Source: Paraspadella gotoi (Eukaryota; Animalia; Chaetognatha). Taken from it: a stretch of DNA of 64,000 nt. The DNA is taken from positions 16,714,126 to 16,778,125 of the forward strand of contig CM119265.1 in assembly GCA_051294375.1 (NCBI GenBank), written 5' to 3'. The notes below the pieces were generated by a model that was given only the letters and a program-made list of their open reading frames with translations, was not told where the DNA came from and ran no database searches. Shown in pieces: positions 25,628-37,047 of this stretch. The translations under genes and the position numbers were made by a program. Position 1 is the stretch's first letter. Every line of letters starts with the position of its first letter.

Positions 25628-26665
25628 CTAAGGAAGTTGACTATTTCCTCGGTGACAGCACTGAGAAGGCGGAGCGGTCCAATTGTAATCGTATGAAAGT
25701 CGAGAACGAAACTCTCCCTCCTTTCCACCACATATCGAACCAGTCCATAAAAGATTTTTGTGTTTGAGCCGAAGTTGTTCCAACGACTGCTTGTGGGTCA
25801 CCAAGTAAGCCGTGAAGCATCCTCGAGATTTAAATTCTGTGTCGAATCGCGGGTCATGAACCCGACGAACGTCTAACGGAGCCAACCATGTCCCCATGGA
25901 AACGTCTTCGTTAAAGAACAGGCGGAGTTTCCGGGCGTTTTTTGCCACAAACTCAATGAGGCTCTCCGAGATTACGTAGCCGCCACCCAGCGCGTAAGGC
26001 AGATAGAGGTCGCAAAGATTCCACGTCTTATCCGACCATTTCCCTTTTTTAAAGGGTCTGGCTCGGCCATCGAAAAATCCCCAGTAAAGCCTGGGATGAG
26101 GATCCGTATTGGTCTTCAGTTCATCGACAATGGCGTCGATTCGAGCGAATGAGTCGTCGTCCATTTTGAGGACGTAATCAAAGCGAAGATTTGCGTGGAC
26201 CCAGGCGTACATCCACAACACCTTTCTAGTCAGGTTTGCGTAAGAATCGACAAGGTTCTCCAGGATCAAGAGGTCACCGTATCGTTCAGATTCGATCGTC
26301 AGTTCCTCTTTTGCGGCGGTTGTTAAACCGGCCCCACCGACCACAAAAAGAGTGAGCGAGTCTTTTGGAGACGTCGAGCCATCTCGCAGGGTCATCCACG
26401 TATTTCGAGCAGTGTTTCTCTCTTCTAACTTGCGAGGAGCGCTGATGACGCAGACCAAAAGAACGACGTTTCTCCCGAAGAGCAACGACGAAGCGCTTCC
26501 AGCTGCGTCCTCCAAATCCGGAATTACAGGGAGACGGGACAGAGTAAAGAAACGGAGCGAAAGAAGAAAGGTTAATGGGAGAATTAAGAGCAATATCAAC
26601 TTTTTGGGGAACCGTCTGAAGAAAACGGCGAGAACCAAAAGTAGATTTCTCCATAGCTGGGGCAT
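25628..26665 (-). CDS. B3GALT6: Beta-1,3-galactosyltransferase 6 (GT31), single exon
   Basis: N-terminal TM anchor, DSYANLTRKV, KMDDDSF, LYWGFFDGRA, WNLCDLYLPYALGGGY, EDVSMGTWLAP, HDPRFDTEFKSRGC, SYDYNWTAPPSQCC. Confidence 0.95.
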   Translation of the reverse strand: MPQLWRNLLLVLAVFFRRFPKKLILLLILPLTFLLSLRFFTLSRLPVIPDLEDAAGSASSLLFGRNVVLLVCVISAPRKLEERNTARNTWMTLRDGSTSPKDSLTLFVVGGAGLTTAAKEELTIESERYGDLLILENLVDSYANLTRKVLWMYAWVHANLRFDYVLKMDDDSFARIDAIVDELKTNTDPHPRLYWGFFDGRARPFKKGKWSDKTWNLCDLYLPYALGGGYVISESLIEFVAKNARKLRLFFNEDVSMGTWLAPLDVRRVHDPRFDTEFKSRGCFTAYLVTHKQSLEQLRLKHKNLLWTGSICGGKEGEFRSRLSYDYNWTAPPSQCCHRGNSQLP

Positions 26666-27638
26666 CTGGGCATTTTTGTTGCAAAATAGCAAAGAAAAAA
26701 GGGATTTTTAAGGGAGTTACGCTGAGTGCAAGTGAAAAAACATCAGAATTTAGTTTTTTTAAAATAAGTCTGCGAGATGACGAACTGATGTTATAAAAGA
26801 GCTTCCATGGAACTTGAAAGAGGCTTGGTGCTCGAGACAATGTCAGCTGTGGTCACTCTGGGAGAGTAACACATTGCAAGCCGCCATGTCTCTCCAACAG
26901 AACTCTTTGTTCGATTCTATCGAAATAAAAGCGCGCTCAGTTTAAAACGTGGACTCAGTTCGGAATCGAAACCTAAAAAAGAATGAAAAAATTTAAATTA
27001 GTTACCACAGTCTGTGGCACAGATTAGACAAAGTAAGATGTTTATAAATTTCATTAAAATTTTAACTATTCAAGAAAGCGAGTTTATTAACGGAAAAGGT
27101 AAAATTATTATACACTGACGAAAAATTCTTGGAACTGTTGTAAGGTATTTGTGAACGAGCATGCTTTAACTTTAACAGTAAATCAATCCAATCGGAGACA
27201 AAAAAATTGTGCACGTGTTCGAAATGGAAAAGATTCGAAAGTAAGGAACAATGCCTCTTAGCCGTAGACTCAGCTGCAGCCCAAGCGAGAAGGATGAGGA
27301 ATGAACTGTCTTTTTTGTTTAGACTTTTCTGGCAGGTTGGTCGCCGGATCGTTTGTTCACACAGCTTAGATTGGCTTGTCATGCTCATGGCCGGTCGGAG
27401 AAACAACGCCACCATCAGACCTTTTTTGAATCGAACGCAAATTTAACGATTATTGCGCCCTTTCCCCAATATCTTTTGGTTTGGTTCTTTTTAAAAAATA
27501 AATTAATAAATGCTGTTTTAATATTTATACATAGAAAATAACATGATTGATAAATAATGATAATAATAAATAATAAAATAATAATAATTTTGCAAATTTT
27601 CATTAATTAGATAACACTGACCTGCCCCTCCCAAAATG

Positions 27639-28290
27639 AATTATTAGATATAATGATAAGTAAGAATTTTTAAAAAGCAATATATATATAATTAAATAAT
27701 ATAGATTAAACAATAAAAACCTTTATAAAATATAAAAATCTTAAAGAACTATTTTTTCCGAAAGAAATAAAGACAAAATAAAAAAATAGAAAAATATAAT
27801 TAGAAAATAGAAAATAGTGAAACAAGTAATTTTGCAAATTTTCATAACAACAGCAGCAGCAACAACAACAACTAGCAGAATTCTCAGTCAGGGAAAAATC
27901 AAGGAGAAAAAAAAGGCATAGAGCCTAACCTTTCGCTAAAAATATAATCAATTTAAATTGTTTCACTCTAAACAGTAATAGTGGTCACTGGTCAGTGGTC
28001 ACATACAACAATAAACGATAGACAGAGTATGGACAAGGCGAGAAGCTTCGCTCCGATATCCTCTGTCTGGAGATTAAGAAAAATTCGCCTAATTTAAAAA
28101 AAAAATTTATTCCGTTTATTTTTTCTCTGGGGATAAAGGGAAAAAATAAATTATTAGATATAATGATAAGTAAAAATTTTTAAAAAGCAATATATATATA
28201 TATATAATTAAATAATATAGATTAAATAAAAAACCCTTATGAAATATAAAAATAGAAAATAGTGAAAAAAATAATTTTTCAATTTTGCAT
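27639..28290. repeat. AT-rich local direct duplication (27639-27845 vs 28149-28290)
   Basis: AATTATTAGATATAATGATAAGTAA..AAAAAGCAATATATAT..AATTAAATAATATAGATTAAA occurs twice; the first copy has an extra ~70 bp. Confidence 0.8.
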
Positions 28291-28631
28291 TCGAAACACG
28301 ACAGTTTTCTGTAAAAGGAAATAATTAAATATATCTAAATATAACTAAATATAACTAATGATATCTAATGAATTTATGACAGGTTTCTGAAAGGAGAAAT
28401 CAAAAACAACAATGTTATTTGTACAGGTGATAAATTGTGAAAAACAATGGTTCAAAAAAACAAACTGATAATGCGAAATATTTTATATTTATATTATATC
28501 AAGCAGTTGTAAAAGTCAAATTCGCGGAAATGAAAAAGAAAGCAATTGTAAAAAAACCGTATTGGATTTTTAAAAAAATAGTATAAGTAATTTAGTATTA
28601 TGGTTGACTAAAATCCACCAACCGTTCACCA

Positions 28632-28820
28632 GCGGCCATTGGTGCCAGAGGCAAGTCATTCTCCTCCCAACCCAAAGGTGCAGGGTTTTAGCCCGGTGGT
28701 CGCCGAGCAGATAAGAGGGACAGGGCGCTTAACCCGCCTGTAACACGGTGTTACATTCTGATCTGAAGCTCAGGGACTGCTTATATTGAAGGGATCTGTC
28801 ACTAACACATAACAATAATT
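28632..28820 (+). mobile_element. Putative tRNA-derived SINE: degenerate tRNA-like head followed by a twister ribozyme
   Basis: Acceptor-like stem GCGGCCA(28632)/TGGTCGC(28697); A-box-like TGGTGCCAGAGG; Gly-like loop CTCCCAA; degenerate B box GGTTTTAGCCC; AC-rich tail near 28800-28818. No TSD identified. Confidence 0.5.
28706..28781 (+). ncRNA. Twister ribozyme, type P5 permutation (P2 slightly degenerate)
   Basis: P5 AGCAG(28706)/CTGCT(28777); GAGG-GA-CAG (28715-28723); T^AA 28730-32; CCC-GC; P3 TGTAACA/TGTTACA; P4 CTGA-T-CTG-AAGC-TCAG; T1 CTG/CAG is complementary. Confidence 0.75.
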
Positions 28821-30011
28821 ACTGTCTCTTCAGTATGAATAAAATCATAATATTCTGTACGAGCGGAATATTATAAGTTAAGTGTATATTTTGTATATTT
28901 TAGGAAAGATACTGATAAACTTTGATAGCAATTTATTGAGTTGGATTGTGGTCTCGGTTTATCAGAAGAAGAGCGTTTCCCCTTTGAAGAGCAATGCCAA
29001 TGGAAAGCCGACACTCATATTTTCAGCCCATCTATCGTTTATTACAAAATTAAAAATATTCTCAGTTTGACAATTGTTTTTCTCTCATTCTCGCGAGAAT
29101 ATCAAATTGTTGTTTTTTCTTTCTCTTTCCAGAAAAAAAGCCGCTACAAGAATTTTAGGTTTTACACTCCTTAGTCTATGAGGTTATTTTGCCCCATCGA
29201 TCTCGTCTCGTGTTTTGATAAATATGTTCTTTTGACTTTTGTTATTTGAAAAAAATGTTCTGTAGAGGGTGACATCGTTCAACTAAAACTACTTGGAATA
29301 AGAAAAGAAAGATATAAGAACACAGTTTTAAGCCAAGTTGTTAGTCTTACTCTTAGCCCTAATGGTAAAAAAAAATCATATATAACCTTGTTCCCCGACA
29401 AAAATTTATCCCTTTCTATTCAGCCTCTTAGTCTTAGATATTATGAATTCTCATTAATGATAGGGGTAGCCCCAATTAATGGGGTGAGTCAAAAATTTAG
29501 AATGAGTACATGCTCAAACGAAAATTTATACTTTCAATGAACAAAAAAAATTGTATATGGCTCTATACCCGAATAATTATTTTTTAAATATTTATTTATA
29601 GATAGGAAAGGCCAAATTTTTTTATGATAAATTTTTTTATGATAAGTGAGTCAAAAATAAGAAAGACTAAAAAATCGTCATCATCATCATCTTTCGATGA
29701 TTTTATCAGTTTTTTGTATTTTCATTTAGAAAACAGAGGAATTTTTAAAAGCTTTGATTATATCTCTCTTTTAACTTTTTATGCTCTATCAAAATCCGGC
29801 GAATCCGAAACTGTTCTTAAAATTAAAAAAAAAGATTTTGAAATTTTATGATATTATAAGGATATTACTATAAAAAAATTCAATTAATGATACGGTTATG
29901 CATTTTTTTTTTTGAAAAAAAAAGCTTAATTATTTTTTATTACATTGTTCATTTGCTTAATCTTTTCATCACTTCATTGAGTAAAGCCATCAGCTTATTA
30001 GCACTAGGTCG

Positions 30012-30092
30012 GCCATAAACTGCCTTGGGGGCCTGGAAAACCCTCAAGCCTGGTTCCAAGCCCAGGACCCGTTCCATAGCTGCTGAGGAGGC
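30012..30092 (+). ncRNA. Degenerate twister-like motif
   Basis: TAA(30016)-ACT-GC, P3 CTTGGGGG/CCCTCAAG, P4 CCTGG-T-TCC-AAGC-CCAGG, downstream GA-GGA (30085-89) complementary to TCC; no P2 partner found. Confidence 0.5.
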
Positions 30093-30320
30093 ATAGAAGA
30101 TACGCATAATAGTCTTCAGCCAACTTAGCGTCTTATCCATAATTCTTTGAAATATTATACAACTTCTTTGCCAGGTACTCTGGGAATGAATAAACGAGAC
30201 TGTGAGAGTCTTGCGCCTTATTTTCCCAGAAAGCCCCATTTTATCTTAAATTCAAAATTAGTGAGGCGACTTACCTTCGGTCTCTCTCTCTAAACCCTTC
30301 CTCTCTCCTCTTTCTTCGAG

Positions 30321-30430
30321 CCGGTCTATTCCACACGGTCACTTTGCCATAGCTTTGGCAATGACCTTAGATTGACCGGACACAGTAATAGGGCCGAGGC
30401 GACCGTAAGGTCAAGTTGGTCCGGGCGATG
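30321..30430. other. Two-hairpin structured element of unknown class
   Basis: Hairpin 1 CCGGTC..GGTCA.TTGCCA/TGGCAA.TGACC..GACCGG; spacer containing ACAGTA; hairpin 2 GGGCC..GACC-GTAA-GGTC..GGTCC. Confidence 0.45.
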
Positions 30431-30540
30431 ATAAAAGTGGATCAGGAGAGAGCTAGACTCACTTCTTTTCTACTTCTCTTAAATCGTCACAATTCTTCAC
30501 TCTCTCTTCATATTTATTATTACATTCTTCGTCTTCTACA

Positions 30541-30857
30541 TTAGGTTAATTTTTTAAATTATAAATTAGGTTAAAGCTTTGGGCCAAGGATTAGGTTAAT
30601 GATTAAGGTTAGGGACTTGGTTTGTGATTAGGGTTAAGGTTTGCTTCAAAAATTTATAAATATATTAAGGATAAAAAAATTGGGGCAAAAACGAAAAACG
30701 AGTTAAAGGTTAATGTTAAAAATTAGAGATAAGGGTTTAGGGTTAAGTTTCAAGATTTGGTCAGGGTTAAAGATTAGGGTTAGGGTTTGCTTTATAAATT
30801 TATAAATATATTTATTTTAAATATTAAAGTTAAAAAAATTTGGGCAAAAACGAAAAA
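30541..30857 (+). repeat. Degenerate TTAGG/TTAGGG/TTAAGG-rich tract with internal direct repeat (similar tract at ~31540-31640)
   Basis: Scattered TTAGGTTA and TTAGGGTTAGGG units; AAATTTATAAATATATT..GGGCAAAAACGAAAA occurs twice. Confidence 0.6.
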
Positions 30858-33800
30858 GCTTTTAAAAATATACAGAGAATGATATATAAATTATCTAAAT
30901 AATAATTGATAATAGAAAAATGCTGATGAAGACTCAAAAATCAAAGTCTAAACATGTCCTTTTTTATATCCAAAAAATAATTGTTAGTAATAAATAAAAA
31001 CTTTGTTTTTTTTTAAAAAACAGATTTAAAATTCTTTTAATCATAAAAACAATAAAAAAAAGTCGAAAGAATCTGTTTTTTATAATATATTATCTATTTA
31101 AATGATTATAATCTAAAAAAATATTATTTATCAACGCAGAGAATGGATTATCAAGTAACTTGCCTCGCTTGGCTTCTCTGTCTTTTTTTCTGATTGACCA
31201 ATCAAAGAGGAGGCTTCTCTCAGGAAACCGACGGAAGAGAAACGAGAGAGGGAACTGGATTACTCTTCAACTTACCTTCAAGAAACTAACATCAAACTCT
31301 TTATTGACTATTTGTAATATTGTTTATTGCCTGCCTTTTTTTCTGCATAATCTACATATTTTGTATGTTAATTATCATCATCCCCACGTGTTCTTATATC
31401 AATAAAACTCCTCCTATTTCACCCGTAATAAACTACGCCTACCTCCTTCATTGTGGTGGCAGCTGTGACATTCGAACCCTCACCTCCGAAGGCTTTATTT
31501 TCTTAAAAAGCACCAATTCAACTGAAATTCGAAAATAAATTAAAGGATAAAGCTTAAGGTTTATTTAAGGTTAAGGATAAGGTTTAAAGTTTTGATATAA
31601 ATTAAGGTTAAATATTATGATTGAAATTAGGTTTGCAGGATAAAGGAATAGAAAGGCAGCGCTTTTGGAAAAAAGAGCCAAAAATTCAATTTAAAAACGA
31701 GTTAGAAAATGAAAACCCATTTTCAAAGCTAACTTTTTTCACACATTGTTAAAGAATAAGTCATAAGTCATAAGTCATAAATGAACTTGGCAATTTCTAT
31801 TTGACTAACTTTCAAAATAAATGAAATAAACCCTGGTTTGCTAATGGCAGCGTTTTTCTAGCGGCGGGTTTAAAATTGTCACCTCGTACATTGTACAATG
31901 TACATTGTACGTTGTACAATCCGGATATTATGGAAAAGACGCGGTTTATAATTATAGTCACTCTTGTTTTAGTGAGACAGAAAAAAATTCTTCGCTAAAA
32001 AAATGTTACGTTCCGACAAAAATTTATGACGCGAAATTCCGCTCGGATGTCACACACTTTGTTTCCTGGGAAGATGAAAGGTTTTTCAAAGGATCTCTTT
32101 TTCGTCCCTCATAACCTAATGTCGGTGGATTTGTTATCAGTTTATGAAGGCCAGGGTCAACGGCAAACTAAGACGAATAGGCTCGCGCGCAGAGCTACTG
32201 AGGTATTCAGACGGATCCCGGGAAATCTAATTTATCCAATGGAAACAGTATATATCCATCATGTTACGGCGCGCAATAAAAAGAGGAAGGCGTGACTTAT
32301 GGCTTCCATTTATTTTAACTCCAATTTCCTTGTTGGATCCTTCCGCAGAAGAGACTCTCCATCTGTTATATTGTGTATTCTCCGCGGGGAAGCGAGTCTC
32401 GTGACAGAAGCGTTTATCTTCGATCAAGGGAAAGGAATTTACAAGTTCTCGCTCCGCCCAGTAATTTGTTATGTTGCCAGGTGTTTCGTTAAAAAACGAA
32501 TTGATTGATTTTTGTCATATTTACGTTTTTGTATCTTTTTTTGTTCAAGATTAAAAAAATATTATAAATTCAAAACATTATGTAAAAAAGCCAACTCTTC
32601 ATGCGAGCGATACGACTATCTTTCAATTCCTCACTTCCTCTTCTTTCCTCTTTTGACATTCAACCCTCGTTCATCCTCGCGCGTCTTCGAATGGCGGCAT
32701 AAGAGTTGACCGGAAGTTGTTTCGGGGTCGCGGGTCGAAAACCTTTGACCTGTCACTCCCCTTTTTTCCATGCCACGCCCACGGCGCTGTCCACCCACCA
32801 CGTCGCCTCAAAAGGGGGCGTCGCCCTAAATCTTCTTCGGCACTGACCCTTTCCCCCGGATTTTTTGTTATCCTTCGCAACGAGAAAGGGAGAAAAAGGG
32901 TGAGAGTGCAGGAGAGTGGGAGAAAGAGAGGGCGTTTATGGAAAGTCAGACAACTGCTTTTCAAATAGCCTAAGACACAAAGAAGAAGGTGAGAGGGGTA
33001 AATACTAAATAGGATATGCCGACTATAGCGTTATTAATATTTTTATACAACGCATCACTTAATAATAATTAACAAAATTGACGATGAGGCCCAAAAGAAA
33101 TTCTCTATAGTCTCCATTCCACATGAGGCGGAGGAATTGGTGTTTACCGTTTAGCCATGAGGAATTGTGCTTTTTGGACTAACTTTGAAAATGTAGTTAA
33201 AAATGGAAAGTCGAGAAAAAAGTGACGACATGAACAAAAGAACAAGGGAGTAGATGGGAAGCGAAGCTCGGCCTTTGAACCGAGATCGGAAGCCTGCCTT
33301 CATTTATGGAAAAAAGGGAAGATCTTGCCGGCATGGACCCACATTACCTCACCCCTTCTCGGTTCAACCCGCCATTAACATTTGACCGGGGACCGGCGAG
33401 TTCAATTCTCCCTTTTCACTATTTTTTCTTCTGATTCCTAATGTTGTCGTCACCTCAACCGAAACGTGACGTTTCTTGAATCTTCAGAATCGTCTGATGG
33501 TCGAATGAACGATGAAGACGCCACGGAACTCTAGGTGAAATTAAAAAAAAAAAAAAAATTAGCAAACAAACAAGGGAACTGTAAAACGTTTTCGTCATCG
33601 TTATCGTGAGATGAAATCGTAAAGATTATCGAGGCGAAAATAATTACGGGCTCGAAAAAGAAACGAAATTAAAATTCTAGAAAGGAGTCCACGCGTCCGC
33701 CATCTTTTATCGAAACAAAAAACGAAAAAAAAAAGAAGATAAGAATTCGAAATTCGAATTGGATTCTCCATTTCTCTCTCTTTTCTGTCTCTTTCCTTTT

Positions 33801-34004
33801 TTCATGCCTGTTTCTCTACTTTTTTGTTTTGCTTATCCGCAATCGCAGAATGAAAGCTCATGAGGCCTTGGAGTTCATTGTTCGTTAACTATTCAAAATG
33901 CCATCATTTGAATTTTAAATAGAAATCGTAGAAGTAGAAACATCGAATTTGCATGAAATCGTCGGGGGCCTTGATCGGTTCCATTTTCGCCGGCCTCGCG
34001 TTTC

Positions 34005-34121
<117 letters not shown>

Positions 34122-35032
34122 ACTCATTTGTATTTTTTGTTGCATATCCTATCGTCGTCGTTATCCCATTCTTGGTCTTTTTTAGATTTTTTTAAAGGTT
34201 TTTTTATTTTTATGGGTCTTTATTATGCGTTTGCGCCACTGAGCCCGTAGTAATCAACCTGCCAGTGCCACTATCAGAAAGTTAAGCCTCGAAAGAAAAG
34301 AGCATAGCTCGACGCGTTGTCGTCTTCGCTGTTGTCGTCGTCGTCGTATTCGTCGTCGCTTGCCTTTTCTTCTCCGATTTAACTTTTTCTGTAAATTTAA
34401 CCTCAATATAAATATAAACGTAAGAGTTATTTAGCTATTTTTATTTGTTTTTGGACGCCTCGTTATCCGGACGCGATGTATGTAAAGTAAACGTAAACGC
34501 CCAAGTTGCATTTATTTTTTACGCTAAAATTGAAAGCATGACAAAGACAATATAGGTATTTGGAATGTGAGTGACGGATAAAAACAACTCATAAGTTCCT
34601 GGTTTGTTCTTTTGACTTGGTTAACTAAATTATTTGCCAATGGCGCAACGATGGGTTGAACCTTTTTTGTCTCCTAATTTAATTAAAATTCTGCGTCATC
34701 GTTATTCACGAATATTTTCGTTTCAAAACCCACGCTAAGTTTCCGATAAAACATTAACATAAATTGAGTTTCTGCTGAAAGGTTTATAATTGTTTAATTA
34801 TATTTATGACGGTATTATTGTCTAGTTTTTTTAGGCTTTCGTCTTTAATTTTTTTTTTTTCGCGGCAGTGGCGATCATTTCGCCACTTTCCTCCCATCCC
34901 CCCATCGATGCCACAAGAATCCGTCCGTAGCAGAATTCGTTCCTTTATCAAGATTTAAAATTCAGTCGGTAATTTGTATGAGAGCGTACGAGCCCTCCGT
35001 TCATTTCACATTCATTCCCGGTTGATGAAGAG

Positions 35033-35035
<3 letters not shown>

Positions 35036-35118
<83 letters not shown>
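35036..35118. repeat. (AG)n microsatellite
   Basis: Pure dinucleotide run. Confidence 0.98.
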
Positions 35119-35119
<1 letters not shown>

Positions 35120-35620
35120 GATAAAATAAAGTCCCAACTTTCTCTCCTAACCCCGAAAAAAGGCATTCGCGAGCCCCGAACCCCAACCCCTTCGATCGAA
35201 AACCGCCTCCATCCCGACAACCGCGTTTTATTCCACGCCGGCTCCGCGAAGAGCGAAACAATATTATGGTTAATCCCGCGTTAATTGGAAAAAAAGGCAC
35301 GTTGCTGCGTGCGAAGTCCGCAACCGGCTTAAGACCTGCCGCAGATTTTTCTCCTTTCTTTTTTTTTTAATGTCCAGGTGGATACCCACTGTACTCTTTT
35401 TGAAAATTATCTTCCCCCCGATTCTGTATCGCCATCTCTTTCTATACTATATGTCGTGCGAAGTTTTTCAAATCGCCCTGGGGCCGTTTTAACGACGCAC
35501 GTTTATAAATCCGTCTCTCTTTAATTTTAAACATTATTTTTGTAAAGAATTTTCCCATTTACAGCTTGGGAGAAAAATTTTTGGGAGAGATTTTTTGTTA
35601 TTTATAATTGACTACGACGT

Positions 35621-35662
35621 TGTTTAATGTTTAATGTTTAATGTTTAATGTTTAATGTTTAT
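35621..35662. repeat. (TGTTTAA)n short tandem repeat
   Basis: About six 7-bp units. Confidence 0.9.
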
Positions 35663-36208
35663 GTTACTGCGGTGAAAAGCCCGAAGATTTTAGTCCAGAG
35701 ATGCCGTCAGTGAGTTTCCATGAATGGGGAAAAGGACGACGTAAGTGGTAAGAGACTAAAAAGTAGATTTGGAAAAAGAGAAAGAAATCGTTGAACATTG
35801 GAACAGTAGGAACGGCGTACGAGGGTTTAGGGTGTAGATAGAAGAAATAGTAATAATTGGAAGAAAAAAGAGAAAAGCGTAGAAAGAGAAAAGCGAAAAA
35901 CGTATGACTGACAAGAAGAGACCGAAAAAGCGGACGCAAAAAAAAAGGTAATCGGCATCGCAGAGGAATAGAGGAAGAGACGGTAAAAATTGAAGCTGGA
36001 GGGAGAGGAGTGGACGAAGGAAGTGGTGGTGGAGTGGACTGCGGCGTGTCGGCGGCCGATAAGAGAAACGGCGAGAGAGCTCTCGTCGCGGAAAATCACG
36101 TGACTCGGTCTCCAGTGAATAAAGGGCTAAAGAAGAAAAGTTGGTGACCATGCGAACGAATGGCGCAGTAACGCTATGCTTCGCGCTTTGCGCATAGAGG
36201 GATTACAC

Positions 36209-36329
<121 letters not shown>

Positions 36330-37047
36330 GGGAGGGGTAGTATTCACGGGGGAAGTATCGAGAGAAGCCGTTGGCTACAACGGACGTCCTTCCGGTGGTC
36401 GTCGTCGTCGTCCTCGTCGTGGTCGTCGTCGTCGTGGGAATTCCTTGAGGGAGAAAAAGGGAATGAAGAAGAATCTGACGTCACGATTGCAGGTTGGCGA
36501 CTCTTGATGATGAATTAACGAGACCAGATGGACGTCGTCGAGAAGCGAAAGACGAGGAGCATAGAAAGCGAAAGAATAGAAATGAAAAGAAAAAAAAATT
36601 AAGCTGAATATAAAACTTTCATTTGGTTGAGCCTCAGGAGCGCATTGTGACTGTGTCTCGTCCATTGTTTTCGTCATACTTGATTTTAATTAAAAAGTAG
36701 TGAAAACTTTTTCGCCATCTTTAATTTTGTCTTCAATACGAAAACACTATGTCATTAATACCGTTCATAAATAAACACCCGCATGTCAGTACTATATTTA
36801 TTTTGCCATCTGCTTGAGTCGAACTACACTGTAATTTCTGATAATTTAATCGTATATCTACACTTAAGCAGGATTCTCTCTTTCGTTTGGCTTTGACGAA
36901 ATTTTTTTTATTGATTTATTGTAAATGTTTTTTGCTTATTGATTTATTGTAGATGTTTTTGATGAACGACGTCGCTTTGATCGTCCGTTTATATATTTTT
37001 TTATCGAATGAACTTTTCTCTGAGCTTTTTGCTCGTCGGTGTTGGCG

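Noticed and set aside
26845-26925. Minus-strand RDMAACNVLL resembling a tyrosine-kinase catalytic loop
   Set aside because: Bounded by stops, no DFG or other kinase motifs nearby.
30252-30320. Minus-strand AAG/GTAAGT donor followed by Sm-like AATTTTGA as an SL RNA; CTAAACCCT as a telomerase template
   Set aside because: The upstream exon is an AG-rich tract, no stem-loop covers the donor, and both short motifs are expected by chance in this composition.
30385-30445. TAA..GC and GATAAAAGTGGA resembling a rice twister segment
   Set aside because: No P4-T-NNN-AAGC loop or T1 pairing.
31905-32295. Coding-like overlapping + strand ORFs (possible decayed gene)
   Set aside because: No motif I can assign; frameshifted and without clear splice structure.
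33327-33400. GCCGGCATGGACCCA resembles the start of the genomic HDV ribozyme
   Set aside because: No P3/L3 motif, no properly placed P1 partner and no P2 3' strand follow.
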